Source of the DNA: Bacteroidales bacterium
GTDB lineage: Bacteria; Bacteroidota; Bacteroidia; Bacteroidales; WCHB1-69
Assembly (NCBI GenBank): GCA_017454945.1
Contig: JAFTCA010000080.1
Location: 9,978 to 73,977 of the forward strand
Length of the DNA: 64,000 nucleotides
Direction: 5' to 3'
The notes beneath the pieces are model-generated. The model was not told the DNA's origin, ran no database searches, and worked only from the letters and a program-made list of their open reading frames with translations. The translations under genes were made by a program, and so were the position numbers. Below are positions 18,876-28,184 of this stretch, piece by piece. Position 1 is the first letter of the stretch. Each line of letters begins with the position of its first letter.

Positions 18876-21686
18876 ATGCCTTTTCTGCAAAAACTGGCTA
18901 AAGCCATCACTCAAAACAACGACATTGCCTTCCACGACACGGCTGTCATCCTACCTAACCGGCGTGCCGTCAAGCTGCTCAGGCAAGCGATGGCCCAAGA
19001 GATCGGCAAAGCCTTTTTCTCGCCCGTTTTTTACACCATCGACGATTTTATCGACACCTTGTGTCCTCTGAAAAAAGCGGACAAGATGGTCCTGTTGTTC
19101 AAATTATATGAGGTTTATCAAGCCAGCGAACAAGGCAAGGACAAAGATTTTTACTCTTTCGTTTCGTGGGGTTCTGTTTTCATCCAGGATATCAATGAGA
19201 TAGATATGCAGTTGGCCAATGCCGACGACATATTTACCAACCTGGCCGACATCAAGGAGATTGACAATAGTTTCCTCAAGCAACATCTCTCCCAGAACAC
19301 CTTGTCGTACATTGAGTTCTACAAGTCGCTCAACCTCCTATACCACCATTTCAACGAGGTTCTTCGGAAAGACCAAACCGGCTACACGGGCCTCATATAC
19401 AAAGACACGGCCGAAAACATAGAAACTTACGCCTCTCAGCTGTCGCACAAGCGATACATCTTTGCGGGCTTCAACATGTTCTCACCTGCCGAGTTAAAAA
19501 TCGCCCGCTACTACAGGGAGCGTTTCCATGCAGAGTTTTACTTCGACCTCGATAAACTTTACTTCAACGAAGAGAAGAAAGACTCCTACATGGTACAGCA
19601 GATGGAACTGGCTTTTAACGAATTAGGAATCTCCCGTGAGAAAGCGAACTGGATTGGCGACGACTATCGCGACATACCCAAAAATATCTGTGTGACAGGC
19701 GCCTCGCAGCAGATGAACCAGGTGCTCTATGCCACCGAGTTGCTGAACAAAATGCCAGCCGACGAGTTGGACCACACGGCAGTGGTGCTGGCCGACGAGT
19801 CGCTGTTTTTGCCCTTCATCCACACCTACGGAAAAACCCGCGCCAACTACACCATGGGCTATCCGCTCAAGGCGACGGCTGCCTATTCCCTGCTCGAAAT
19901 CCTGATCAACGCAGCCAAGAATGGCGAGCGCTTCCGTGAAAACCAGCAAAGTCCAAACTTCTCCTACTACCACCGCGACCTGATTGCCTTTTTCAGAAAC
20001 CCCATCATCCAAGAGATGATGCCCACAGCCACCGCGGCTATCGACAAGATAATCAAAGGGAACCGGACGTTCATCGAATACGAAGATGTCGCTGAATTGG
20101 AACAAGTACACTATCCCCGTTTCACCGCTAAAGGCATCGACTACTTCCAAGAGCTGCGCCACTTTTTCGAGCAACTGACTGATACACTGCCAAAAGAGCG
20201 ACAAGGATTTTACGCACTACAATATATTCTGAATGGATTACAACAGATTGACGAGTTGCTCTCTGCTTTCGGCCCAACCATCAACGACTTTGACCTTAAA
20301 TCTATCGAATATATTATCACAGAGAAACTTAGCGGAATATCCATCCCATTGTCAGGTACACCCGACAGCGGGTTGCAGGTCATGGGCTTGTTGGAAACCC
20401 GTACCCTCGACTTCAAGAACATCATCATGCTGTCGGTCAACGAGAGCATTCTCCCCAAGGGGCGCAGCCAAAACTCGCTGATTATGCACAGCTTAAAGCA
20501 GCATTTCAACTTGCCCACCTACCACTATCGCGATGCCGTCATCGCCTACCATTTCTTCCGACTGCTGCAACACGCCGAGAACGTTCATCTCATCTACAAC
20601 AATGACTCTTCGGACACGCTCTCTGAAAAGAGCCGCTTCATTCACCAACTTGATTTTGAGATAAAAAAGAGAAACCTGCCCATTAACTTTACGGAAGAGA
20701 CGCTGGCACAACGACTGCAGGCACAATCGGCAAGTGTTCCCATCACCATTACCAAAGACGAGAACATCTTGCAAAAACTCAAGGGTTACTGGTTTTCACC
20801 TACAGCCATCAGCACTTATATCAGATGTCCTCTCAAATTTTACCTTGAAAAAATTGCTGGCATCAAGAAGCCCGAAACAGTCAATGAAACCATTGAGAGT
20901 TCCGTCATTGGCACCATCATTCATGCCATTTTAGAGCACTTATACACCGACATCAAAAAACGGCCCGAACAAGGCCTTCAAGCCATTGCCCAGTATCGCA
21001 AAGATATGGAACAGCTTGTCCACGAACAGTTTGTCAAGGCCGGATTTTCCAAAAAGGACCTCTCTAGGGGCAAACTCTACTTGGCCTACGAAGTGGTTAA
21101 AAAGAATTTGACGGCCTACTTTAAGATGGCAGAAGATGAGCTCAAACAAGGCTACACCGATATTATTGGTACAGAAGTCAGCCTCCATGCCGACATTGAC
21201 GTCAACGGCAGTGCCATCTCCCTTTGCGGCTTCTCCGACCGCATTGATTGTCGCGACCAATGTATCACCATTTTCGACTATAAAACCGGTTGGGTGGACG
21301 CCAAACATCTTGTCTTAAAATCACTTGACGACCTCGGCAACCTGTTTACCGACAGCGACTACGACAAACTTTTCCAACTGCTGATGTACGCTTACATGTA
21401 TGCCCACGACCACTCGGATGCGACCGTTCGCAAAACCACCCAAACGCAATGTGGCATCATCAGTTTTCAGGAAATCATGAAGAAAGAAGGCACGCCCATA
21501 TTGTTTGCCCATGTGCCTGAAACCGAAATCACGGAAAGCACGCTGAAGGCTTTTGAAGAATCACTCAAATTGCTGTTGGCCGAAATACTTGACCCCGACA
21601 AGGCTTTCGTGCAGACCGACAAGGGCGACAACTGCAACTATTGCGACTTCCGTCAGTTGTGTCGGATTCAAAGTCAGGCAGAATAA
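18876..21686 (+). CDS. AddB-like PD-(D/E)XK nuclease family protein with C-terminal Fe-S cysteine cluster
   Basis: C-terminal nuclease motifs (GFSDRIDC...IFDYKTG) and four cysteines (YIRCPLKFY and CNYCDFRQLC) arranged as in AddB-type iron-staple nucleases. Start moved to MPFLQKLAKAI. Confidence 0.7.
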   Translation: MPFLQKLAKAITQNNDIAFHDTAVILPNRRAVKLLRQAMAQEIGKAFFSPVFYTIDDFIDTLCPLKKADKMVLLFKLYEVYQASEQGKDKDFYSFVSWGSVFIQDINEIDMQLANADDIFTNLADIKEIDNSFLKQHLSQNTLSYIEFYKSLNLLYHHFNEVLRKDQTGYTGLIYKDTAENIETYASQLSHKRYIFAGFNMFSPAELKIARYYRERFHAEFYFDLDKLYFNEEKKDSYMVQQMELAFNELGISREKANWIGDDYRDIPKNICVTGASQQMNQVLYATELLNKMPADELDHTAVVLADESLFLPFIHTYGKTRANYTMGYPLKATAAYSLLEILINAAKNGERFRENQQSPNFSYYHRDLIAFFRNPIIQEMMPTATAAIDKIIKGNRTFIEYEDVAELEQVHYPRFTAKGIDYFQELRHFFEQLTDTLPKERQGFYALQYILNGLQQIDELLSAFGPTINDFDLKSIEYIITEKLSGISIPLSGTPDSGLQVMGLLETRTLDFKNIIMLSVNESILPKGRSQNSLIMHSLKQHFNLPTYHYRDAVIAYHFFRLLQHAENVHLIYNNDSSDTLSEKSRFIHQLDFEIKKRNLPINFTEETLAQRLQAQSASVPITITKDENILQKLKGYWFSPTAISTYIRCPLKFYLEKIAGIKKPETVNETIESSVIGTIIHAILEHLYTDIKKRPEQGLQAIAQYRKDMEQLVHEQFVKAGFSKKDLSRGKLYLAYEVVKKNLTAYFKMAEDELKQGYTDIIGTEVSLHADIDVNGSAISLCGFSDRIDCRDQCITIFDYKTGWVDAKHLVLKSLDDLGNLFTDSDYDKLFQLLMYAYMYAHDHSDATVRKTTQTQCGIISFQEIMKKEGTPILFAHVPETEITESTLKAFEESLKLLLAEILDPDKAFVQTDKGDNCNYCDFRQLCRIQSQAE

Positions 21687-21697
21687 ACGCTTAGAAA

Positions 21698-22456
21698 TTA
21701 TTTTCTTTTTATAATATAGTCTGACAACATTTTATAGACTTGCCGCATCTCTTCGGACGGCAGGCGTTGCAAATGTTTTTCCATTATAGATTTGTCATTG
21801 CGCACGGCGGGGCCGGTTTGAGCCTCCTTTGGCGTCATGGAGGCGGTTTTGTCGATAGTTTGCTGCAGTAGGGGCAGCATCACTTGCCAATCGATGCCAG
21901 CCGAAGTGAGCAGTTGGTAGGCCATATCATACAAGGCATTGGAAAAATTGCAGGCGAAGACGGCGGCGACATGCAGCACAGCGCGCTGTCCGCCATCCAT
22001 TTCGTTCACTTGTGAAGAGAGCTGGCACGCCAAATGGCGGATCAACCGCAACGACTCCTCATCCTTGCCCTCTATGCAGAGAGGCACCTTCAGTTGTTCG
22101 AAATCTGCAGTTTTAGAAATCGTTTGGAAGGGATACATCACACCATAATGGCGGGCGCAACCTTCCAAAACCGACTGTGGTAGCGAGCCGGCGGTATGGA
22201 CGGCGCAAGGCATAGTGAACGGCATCGCCGACAACACCTCGCCGTAGGCGTCATCTTTCAAAGAAAAGATATAATAATCACTATCAGGCCTCAGGTCGGC
22301 CAGGCAACTTACAGGCTCGGCATGACATAGCGCAGCCACTTGAGCCGCAGTTGCCGGATTTCGTCCATAAACCTGATTGACACTAACAGCATTCTTGTTC
22401 AAGATATACGCCATCCAAGAAGCCACATTGCCAGAACCAATTATCGTTACTTTCAT
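21698..22456 (-). CDS. Rossmann-fold + DUF2520 domain protein
   Basis: N-terminal MKVTIIGSGNVA dinucleotide-binding motif and a C-terminal QTGPAVRND motif characteristic of DUF2520. Start moved to Met17 of the track ORF. Confidence 0.7.
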   Translation of the reverse strand: MKVTIIGSGNVASWMAYILNKNAVSVNQVYGRNPATAAQVAALCHAEPVSCLADLRPDSDYYIFSLKDDAYGEVLSAMPFTMPCAVHTAGSLPQSVLEGCARHYGVMYPFQTISKTADFEQLKVPLCIEGKDEESLRLIRHLACQLSSQVNEMDGGQRAVLHVAAVFACNFSNALYDMAYQLLTSAGIDWQVMLPLLQQTIDKTASMTPKEAQTGPAVRNDKSIMEKHLQRLPSEEMRQVYKMLSDYIIKRK

Positions 22457-22577
22457 CTTTGTCAAAATGCTCGGCAAACTTACAAAAGATAACCTCATAA
22501 TCAAAACAATTTGATACTCAAAAAGAAAAAAAAATGAAAAAAATGTAATATGTAGATATTTAATTAAATAAAAGTCT

Positions 22578-22585
22578 TATCTTTG
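22578..22585 (+). promoter_or_regulatory. -7 box (TAtcTTTG) for hup
   Basis: TATCTTTG lies 62 nt upstream of ATG 22647. Confidence 0.5.
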
Positions 22586-22646
22586 CACACGAATTTAAAA
22601 CACTGAAACAAATTTTTATTGTTAAACCATTAAAAAATAAAAAATC

Positions 22647-22928
22647 ATGACAAAAGCTGAAATCGTAAACGAAATCGCCAACAAGACTGGCTTTGAAAAA
22701 AATCAAGTTCAAACCGTAGTTGAAGCCTTCATGACCTCTGTTAAAGGCTCTCTCGCAAAGAATGACAACGTTTATTTAAGAGGCTTCGGCAGCTTCATCG
22801 TAAAAGAAAGAGCTGAAAAAACCGCTCGCAACATCTCGAAGAAAACTACTATCATTATCCCCGCTCACAAGATCCCCGCATTCAAACCCTGCAAGACTTT
22901 TGTTAACTCCATTAAAAAAATAAAATAA
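22647..22928 (+). CDS. hup: HU-family DNA-binding protein
   Basis: 93 aa. MTKAEIVNEIANKTG...RGFGSF...R.ARN..T......IPA...P.FKP is the canonical HU/IHF fold signature. Confidence 0.9.
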   Translation: MTKAEIVNEIANKTGFEKNQVQTVVEAFMTSVKGSLAKNDNVYLRGFGSFIVKERAEKTARNISKKTTIIIPAHKIPAFKPCKTFVNSIKKIK

Positions 22929-22948
22929 CCCTTTAAACTTTTAGCGTT

Positions 22949-23038
22949 ATGCCTAGCGGTAAAAAGAGAAAAAGACATAAAATGTCAACGCATAAGAGGA
23001 AAAAACGTCTGCGTAAAAACAGACATAAGAAGAAATAG
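22949..23038 (+). CDS. 29-aa highly basic protein, bS22-like (AURKAIP1/COX24-type) ribosomal protein
   Basis: ATG 22949 to TAG 23036-23038 gives MPSGKKRKRHKMSTHKRKKRLRKNRHKKK. It is below the ORF-track size cutoff. It resembles the K/R-rich KRRKRMSKKKHRKLLRR core of mycobacterial bS22 and the small AURKAIP1/COX24-domain proteins annotated in Bacteroidota. Confidence 0.6.
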   Translation: MPSGKKRKRHKMSTHKRKKRLRKNRHKKK

Positions 23039-23068
23039 TTTTTTCTTCTTATGCAAATAAAAACCGGA

Positions 23069-23109
23069 ACAAAAACTAAATAATAGGCCAACTATTATTT
23101 AGTTTTTGT
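23069..23109 (+). other. Perfect 18-bp AT-rich hairpin between the bS22-like ORF and rng (terminator or 5'-UTR regulatory structure)
   Basis: ACAAAAACTAAATAATAG-gccaa-CTATTATTTAGTTTTTGT. It starts 31 nt after the TAG of the small ORF and ends 22 nt before the rng ATG. Confidence 0.6.
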
Positions 23110-23130
23110 GTATTTTAATATCACATTTCT

Positions 23131-24711
23131 ATGCATGAAACAAGCAAAGATCTTATCATCAGTTCTCAGCAAAACGAAACTCACATAGCACTCCTCGAAG
23201 ATCAGAAACTGGTAGAAATCCATCACGAGAAATCGACTGACCAGCTAGCCGTTGGTGATATTTTCTTAGGAAAGATAAAAAAGATCATGCCTGGGCTGAA
23301 TGCGGCCTTTGTAGATATAGGCTGCGAAAAGGAAGCCTTCATTCATTTCCTTGACCTGGCAACGCAGACGCCCACACTCAACGAGTTTGTTTCCAAAGTC
23401 CGCGAAGGTGGCAAAGGCGACATCGGACAAATGACTTTCCAGCCATCGCTTGAGAAAGCGGGAAAGATCAGTTCTGTCCTCTCTTCAGGTCAACCTCTGC
23501 TAGTACAAGTCACCAAAGAGCCCATCAATACCAAGGGCGCTCGTGTGACCACCGAAATCTCGTTTGCGGGACGCTATCTCGTGCTAGTGCCTTTCTTCGA
23601 CAAAGTATCTATATCCCAAAAGATTAAGGGCAGCGAGGAGCGAAAGCGGCTGCGCAAAATCGTACAAGGCATCAAGCCCAAGCATTTCGGTATCATCATA
23701 CGCACCAACGCAGCTGGCGCCACTCTGGAAGACCTGACGGCCGACCTGAAGCAACTGCTCAGCAAGTGGAAGAGCGTGGTTACGAAACTGCGCAACGCCG
23801 CAGTGCCCTCCAAGATGGCCTCCGAAATGGATAAGACCTTCCTGCTCATCCGTGACATGGTTGACGAGTCATTTAACACCATCTACACCGACTCTCCTTC
23901 TTTGTATCAAGAGATTAAGGAATACTTCGGACAGGTATTTTCGGGCAACAAGAACATCGTCAAACTTTACAAAGACAGCACCCCCATCTTCGAGCACTTC
24001 AACATTGCCAAGCAGATTAAAGGATCCTTCGGCAAGATTGTCTCCATCAAGAGCGGCATCTACCTCATCATCGAACAGACTGAGGCCATGCACGTTATTG
24101 ACGTCAACAGCGGAAACAAGCTCAATGCTAACCAAAGCGAAGAACAGAACGCCATTGAGGTCAATATAGAAGCCGCCATCGAAATTGCACGACAAATCAG
24201 ACTGCGTAACCTTGGGGGCATCATCATCATCGACTTTATAGACATGGACTTGGCAGCCAACCGAACCCTTCTTTACAACAAAATGAAGGAACTGATGGCT
24301 GCCGACAAGACCCGCCACACCATACTTCCCCTCAGCAAGTTCGGCTTGATGCAAATCACACGGCAACGCGTGCAACAGGCCAATGTCTTCGACACGGCCG
24401 AACAGTGTCCCACCTGCCAAGGTACAGGCAAAATCAAGCCCAGCATCCTCTTCGAAGAGGAGATTGTCAACCGTATAGAATTCCTTTTCCAGAAAAACAA
24501 CGCCAAACGGCTGACCATCTATCTGCATCCCTACTTGTATGCCTATTTCACCAAAGGACTCATATCCAAAAGGTTAAAATGGTTCTTCACCTATCACAAA
24601 TGGGTACGCTTGGAATCTCATCAAGAATTACAACTACTTGACTATAAGTTTTTTAATCAGGATATGGAAGAAATCGTGCTGGTAACGCCCCATAGTGAAC
24701 ACGGATTGTGA
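23131..24711 (+). CDS. rng: Ribonuclease E/G family protein (RNase G-like)
   Basis: S1-like N-terminal domain (VGDIFLGKIKKIMPGLNAAFVDIG), a catalytic core (HVIDVNSG, IIIIDFIDM) and a CPTCQGTG zinc-link motif. Confidence 0.85.
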   Translation: MHETSKDLIISSQQNETHIALLEDQKLVEIHHEKSTDQLAVGDIFLGKIKKIMPGLNAAFVDIGCEKEAFIHFLDLATQTPTLNEFVSKVREGGKGDIGQMTFQPSLEKAGKISSVLSSGQPLLVQVTKEPINTKGARVTTEISFAGRYLVLVPFFDKVSISQKIKGSEERKRLRKIVQGIKPKHFGIIIRTNAAGATLEDLTADLKQLLSKWKSVVTKLRNAAVPSKMASEMDKTFLLIRDMVDESFNTIYTDSPSLYQEIKEYFGQVFSGNKNIVKLYKDSTPIFEHFNIAKQIKGSFGKIVSIKSGIYLIIEQTEAMHVIDVNSGNKLNANQSEEQNAIEVNIEAAIEIARQIRLRNLGGIIIIDFIDMDLAANRTLLYNKMKELMAADKTRHTILPLSKFGLMQITRQRVQQANVFDTAEQCPTCQGTGKIKPSILFEEEIVNRIEFLFQKNNAKRLTIYLHPYLYAYFTKGLISKRLKWFFTYHKWVRLESHQELQLLDYKFFNQDMEEIVLVTPHSEHGL

Positions 24712-25154
24712 AAGAAGTCATTGAGAAGATAAGGAAATACTGCGCCTACCAGGACCGTGCCGAAAGTGAGGTTAGGCTGAAACTCCGCCAATACGAAGTG
24801 ACTGGAGCTGAAGCCGATAGGGTGATTGCCGACCTGAAAGAGGATGGCTTTATAGATGAGGAACGGTTTGCAGAGAGTTTTGTACGCGGTAAAACCAACG
24901 CCAAAAAGTGGGGGCGCGAAAAAATTAAAAGCCACCTGCTTGCAAAAGGGATATCTACTTCTATCATAGAAAAATACATGTCAGAAGTGAATCCCGAACA
25001 GTACCGCCAGAACCTGCGCGAAACCATCAACAAGTGGTTGCGTCTGCATCCTGACCAACCGGCCGAAAGTCCTGCCCTATACCGCCACTTGCTGTCGAAA
25101 GGCTACGCCTACCACGATTTCAAACCGGAAATTGACGCCCTATCAAAATCATAA
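24708..25154 (+). CDS. recX: RecX-like regulatory protein
   Basis: 148 aa. KYCAYQDRAESEVRLKL and FIDEERFAESFVRGK are typical RecX repeats. The GTG start overlaps the rng stop (GTGA), suggesting translational coupling. Confidence 0.7.
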   Translation: MKEVIEKIRKYCAYQDRAESEVRLKLRQYEVTGAEADRVIADLKEDGFIDEERFAESFVRGKTNAKKWGREKIKSHLLAKGISTSIIEKYMSEVNPEQYRQNLRETINKWLRLHPDQPAESPALYRHLLSKGYAYHDFKPEIDALSKS

Positions 25155-25166
25155 AAACATCAACCT

Positions 25167-26256
25167 ATGATATATATCGAACAAGTTAAGGACCTTTCAA
25201 AGAGACTCGGTGAGCTAAGGAGGTTTCTTTGACATCGACAAGAAGATAGAAGAAATCAAGGCCAAAGAAGAAATCACTCATGAGGCCGATTTCTGGAACG
25301 ACCCCAAGGCTGCCGAAAAGCTGCTCAAGGAGATCAGTTTCATCAAGTCGTGGGTACAGGAATATGACAAAGCCGCTGACAGTTTCGACGAGTTGTCGGT
25401 CATCTTCGAATTCTTCCAAGCCAAAGAGGCCACGGAAGAGGAGACCGACAAGGCATACCAACATGCTGTCAGCCTGATAGAAAAGCTCGAGTTCCGCAAT
25501 ATGATGCGCGACGAAGAGGACCGCTTCAGTGTGATCCTAACCATCAACTCGGGCGCCGGCGGCACCGAAAGTTGCGACTGGGCAGAGATGCTGCTCCGTA
25601 TGTACACGCGTTGGGGCGAGCGCAACAAATACAACATCACCCTGATTGACAGACAGGAAGGTGATGTGGCAGGCATCAAGTCGGCCACAATCGAACTGGA
25701 CGGCCCTTACGGCTACGGCTATCTGAAGAGCGAAAACGGCGTTCACCGGCTGGTGCGCCTGTCGCCCTTCGACTCGGCCAACCGCCGTCACACCTCGTTC
25801 GCCTCGGTCTATGCCTACCCTGTCATCGACGATGACGTGGAGATTGAAATCAACCCCGCCGACATCAGCTGGGACACTTACCGTTCGAGCGGCCCTGGTG
25901 GCCAGAACGTCAACAAGGTGGAGACGGCCGTGCGTCTGCACCACCACCCCACCGGCATTGTCATCGAATGTCAGATTACACGATCACAACTGCAAAACCG
26001 CGAGAAGGCCATGCAGATGTTGAAATCGCAACTTTACCAAATAGAGATGGAAAAGAAGCGCGAGAAGATCTCCAAAATCGAAAGTTCTAAAAAGAAAATC
26101 GAATGGGGCTCACAGATAAGGAGTTACGTAATGCATCCCTACAAAATGGTGAAGGACCTGCGCACGCAATATGAAACCTCCAACGTCAATGCCGTCATGG
26201 ACGGCGAGTTGGACGACTTCATCAAGGCCTACCTGATGAGCGCTAACCAAAGATAG
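25167..26256 (+). CDS. prfB: Peptide chain release factor 2, requires programmed +1 frameshift at 25227-25233
   Basis: Frame 0 runs from ATG 25167 ([21 protein letters not shown]) to in-frame TGA 25230-25232. The +1 frame from GAC 25231 continues [14 protein letters not shown]... into track ORF 25393..26256, which carries SPF (LSPFDS) and GGQ ([10 protein letters not shown]). Confidence 0.9.
25218..25233 (+). promoter_or_regulatory. RF2 autoregulatory frameshift cassette: SD-like AGGAGG + CTT TGA C slippery/stop site
   Basis: AGGAGG (25218-25223), a 3-nt spacer TTT, then CTT-TGA-C (25227-25233). This is the same architecture as the classical E. coli prfB site. Confidence 0.85.
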
Positions 26257-26258
26257 CA

Positions 26259-27224
26259 CTACAGAATCTCCTTACGAATTTTATCCCACTGTCTGTCAGA
26301 CAGTTTGGCACCCACAGTTTGTATCATCTCCGTAGCTAACAGCGTAGCAATGTGACCCGACTTGGCCGCATCGTAATTATTCAGCAAACCATACAGGAAC
26401 CCAGCCGCATAGATGTCGCCGGCGCCATTGGTATCGATGCAAGGTGCATCCATAGGCGGAATAAAGGTGGTCTCTCCGTCGATTTTCACCAACGAACCTC
26501 TTTTACCCAATTTCACCACAGCCACCTCGCACTCCTCGGCCAGCACATCCAACGCTTCTTCCTCTTCCTTGCCAGTATAGGCGCGGGCTTCTTCCTCGTT
26601 GGCAAAGATCACATCCACATAGTTGTGCAACAACTCGCGTATAAAATCGCGATTTTGAGCCACGATATTATAGCTGGCCATGTCCATCGACACACGCAGA
26701 CCGCACTCTTTGGCCATTCGGCATACGGTCAGAATCAGTTCGCGATTGAAAATCAGATAGCCTTCCACATGGATGTAATCGTATTGGCTGAGCACGTCAC
26801 GGCTGATCTCTTCGGGAACCATTGTGGCAGCGGCTCCCAGATAAGTGGCGAAAGTTCTTTCCGCATCAGGAGTCATCAGCGTGGTGGCAATGCCCGTGTC
26901 GATGTCCGAATAGAGCAAGTGCGGCGTGATGTGGCTGTTGAGCATATCCTGACGGAAAAAATCGCCCATGGCATCGTGCGAAACCTTGCCGATGAAACCC
27001 GTTTCAGCTCCCAGTCGGGCCAAACCGTGTATCGTATTCGAGGTGGAGCCGCCTGAAGCCAATGTTTGTTTCATATCCTTCATAGCCTCATGCAGTTGCC
27101 GTTTGGTGGGAGCGTCAATCATCTCCATACCACCCTTTTGCAGAGAAAAACCATTCAAAAAAGACTCATCTTCCAGACGGGCAATCACATCCACCAAGGC
27201 GTTGCCAATACCTAATATCTTCAT
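26259..27224 (-). CDS. PfkB-family carbohydrate/nucleoside kinase (adenosine-kinase-like)
   Basis: N-terminal GIGNALVDV and a C-terminal DTNGAGD anion-hole/catalytic motif of the ribokinase/PfkB family. Confidence 0.75.
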   Translation of the reverse strand: MKILGIGNALVDVIARLEDESFLNGFSLQKGGMEMIDAPTKRQLHEAMKDMKQTLASGGSTSNTIHGLARLGAETGFIGKVSHDAMGDFFRQDMLNSHITPHLLYSDIDTGIATTLMTPDAERTFATYLGAAATMVPEEISRDVLSQYDYIHVEGYLIFNRELILTVCRMAKECGLRVSMDMASYNIVAQNRDFIRELLHNYVDVIFANEEEARAYTGKEEEEALDVLAEECEVAVVKLGKRGSLVKIDGETTFIPPMDAPCIDTNGAGDIYAAGFLYGLLNNYDAAKSGHIATLLATEMIQTVGAKLSDRQWDKIRKEIL

Positions 27225-27234
27225 ACTCAGTTGT

Positions 27235-28158
27235 TTAATTTTTATCCTTCAAAAAAGTGACAATATCATTCTCATCAATGCCACGATAATCGAAACTCTT
27301 CACCACCTTACCCTTCTCCACCAGCGCATAAACAGGAAAACTGCCAAAAGTGATGTTAATGGCGGTGATAGGCGAGATGAGGCAATGCTGCACATCTTGT
27401 GTGGCGGTCTCCTCCTTGAACCTTGCAATTCCTTCCTCGCTGCCCCAGATGTAGTACTTGAAACTATCGTGAGAGATGGCGTGGTTCTGCATAATCGTAT
27501 TCACCTTGTGGAGACTTTGGCGGCAATATTGGCAGCCCGAAGAGAAGAAACCCACCAGATAGCGGCCGTCCGACAGCTGCAAATCACAGAAAGCACTATC
27601 GGTTTGCGCCTGATAATAAGCCTCTACATTGAGTTTGTCGTTCGGATTCACAAACTTATTATACACTGTATCAGGCGTAAACAGGACGAAAGGCACCGCA
27701 ATTCCAACGACCACAATAGCTGCGGCACACCATTTTTTCCCCTTGAATTGATAATCAGCCTCCTTGCGAATAAAAAACATCAAACCAAAAGTGACCATGT
27801 TTTTAATGAGGGAAGCCGCAGGATTCAGTTCTATCAAGTCGCCAAAACAGTGGCAGTTGGTATCGTGCCGGAAAAGCATCACATAGACCAGCAGCAGCGA
27901 GAATCCCACCAGCATCAGTTGGATGAGCCACCAAACCTGCTTGTAGCAGATTTTGGCAATAAGCCCTGCCCCGAGAATCAGTTCTGCCGCAATGACAGCC
28001 CGAGCCACCAAAGTGGAAAACACATAACTAAAGAGATTGAAACTGTAGATATAGACTTCAAACTCGTCCAGCGAAAGCAACTTCATGACGGCTGCGGTGA
28101 TGAACATGCCGCCTATCAGCAGTCGCAAAATAAGTCTGATAATTTGAACCGGCTTCAT
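27235..28158 (-). CDS. MauE/DoxX-like membrane domain fused to a thioredoxin-like domain (CxxC = CQYC)
   Basis: The N-terminal ~150 aa contain four predicted TM helices. The C-terminal soluble domain has FFSSGCQYC, typical of TlpA/thioredoxin-like folds. Confidence 0.6.
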   Translation of the reverse strand: MKPVQIIRLILRLLIGGMFITAAVMKLLSLDEFEVYIYSFNLFSYVFSTLVARAVIAAELILGAGLIAKICYKQVWWLIQLMLVGFSLLLVYVMLFRHDTNCHCFGDLIELNPAASLIKNMVTFGLMFFIRKEADYQFKGKKWCAAAIVVVGIAVPFVLFTPDTVYNKFVNPNDKLNVEAYYQAQTDSAFCDLQLSDGRYLVGFFSSGCQYCRQSLHKVNTIMQNHAISHDSFKYYIWGSEEGIARFKEETATQDVQHCLISPITAINITFGSFPVYALVEKGKVVKSFDYRGIDENDIVTFLKDKN

Positions 28159-28176
28159 GATTTGGATTTTGGGTCA

Positions 28177-28184
28177 CAAAAATA
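28177..28184 (-). promoter_or_regulatory. -7 box (TAttTTTG on minus strand) for 27235..28158
   Basis: The reverse complement of CAAAAATA lies 19 nt upstream of ATG 28158. It is part of the 13-bp inverted repeat described in the findings. Confidence 0.45.
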
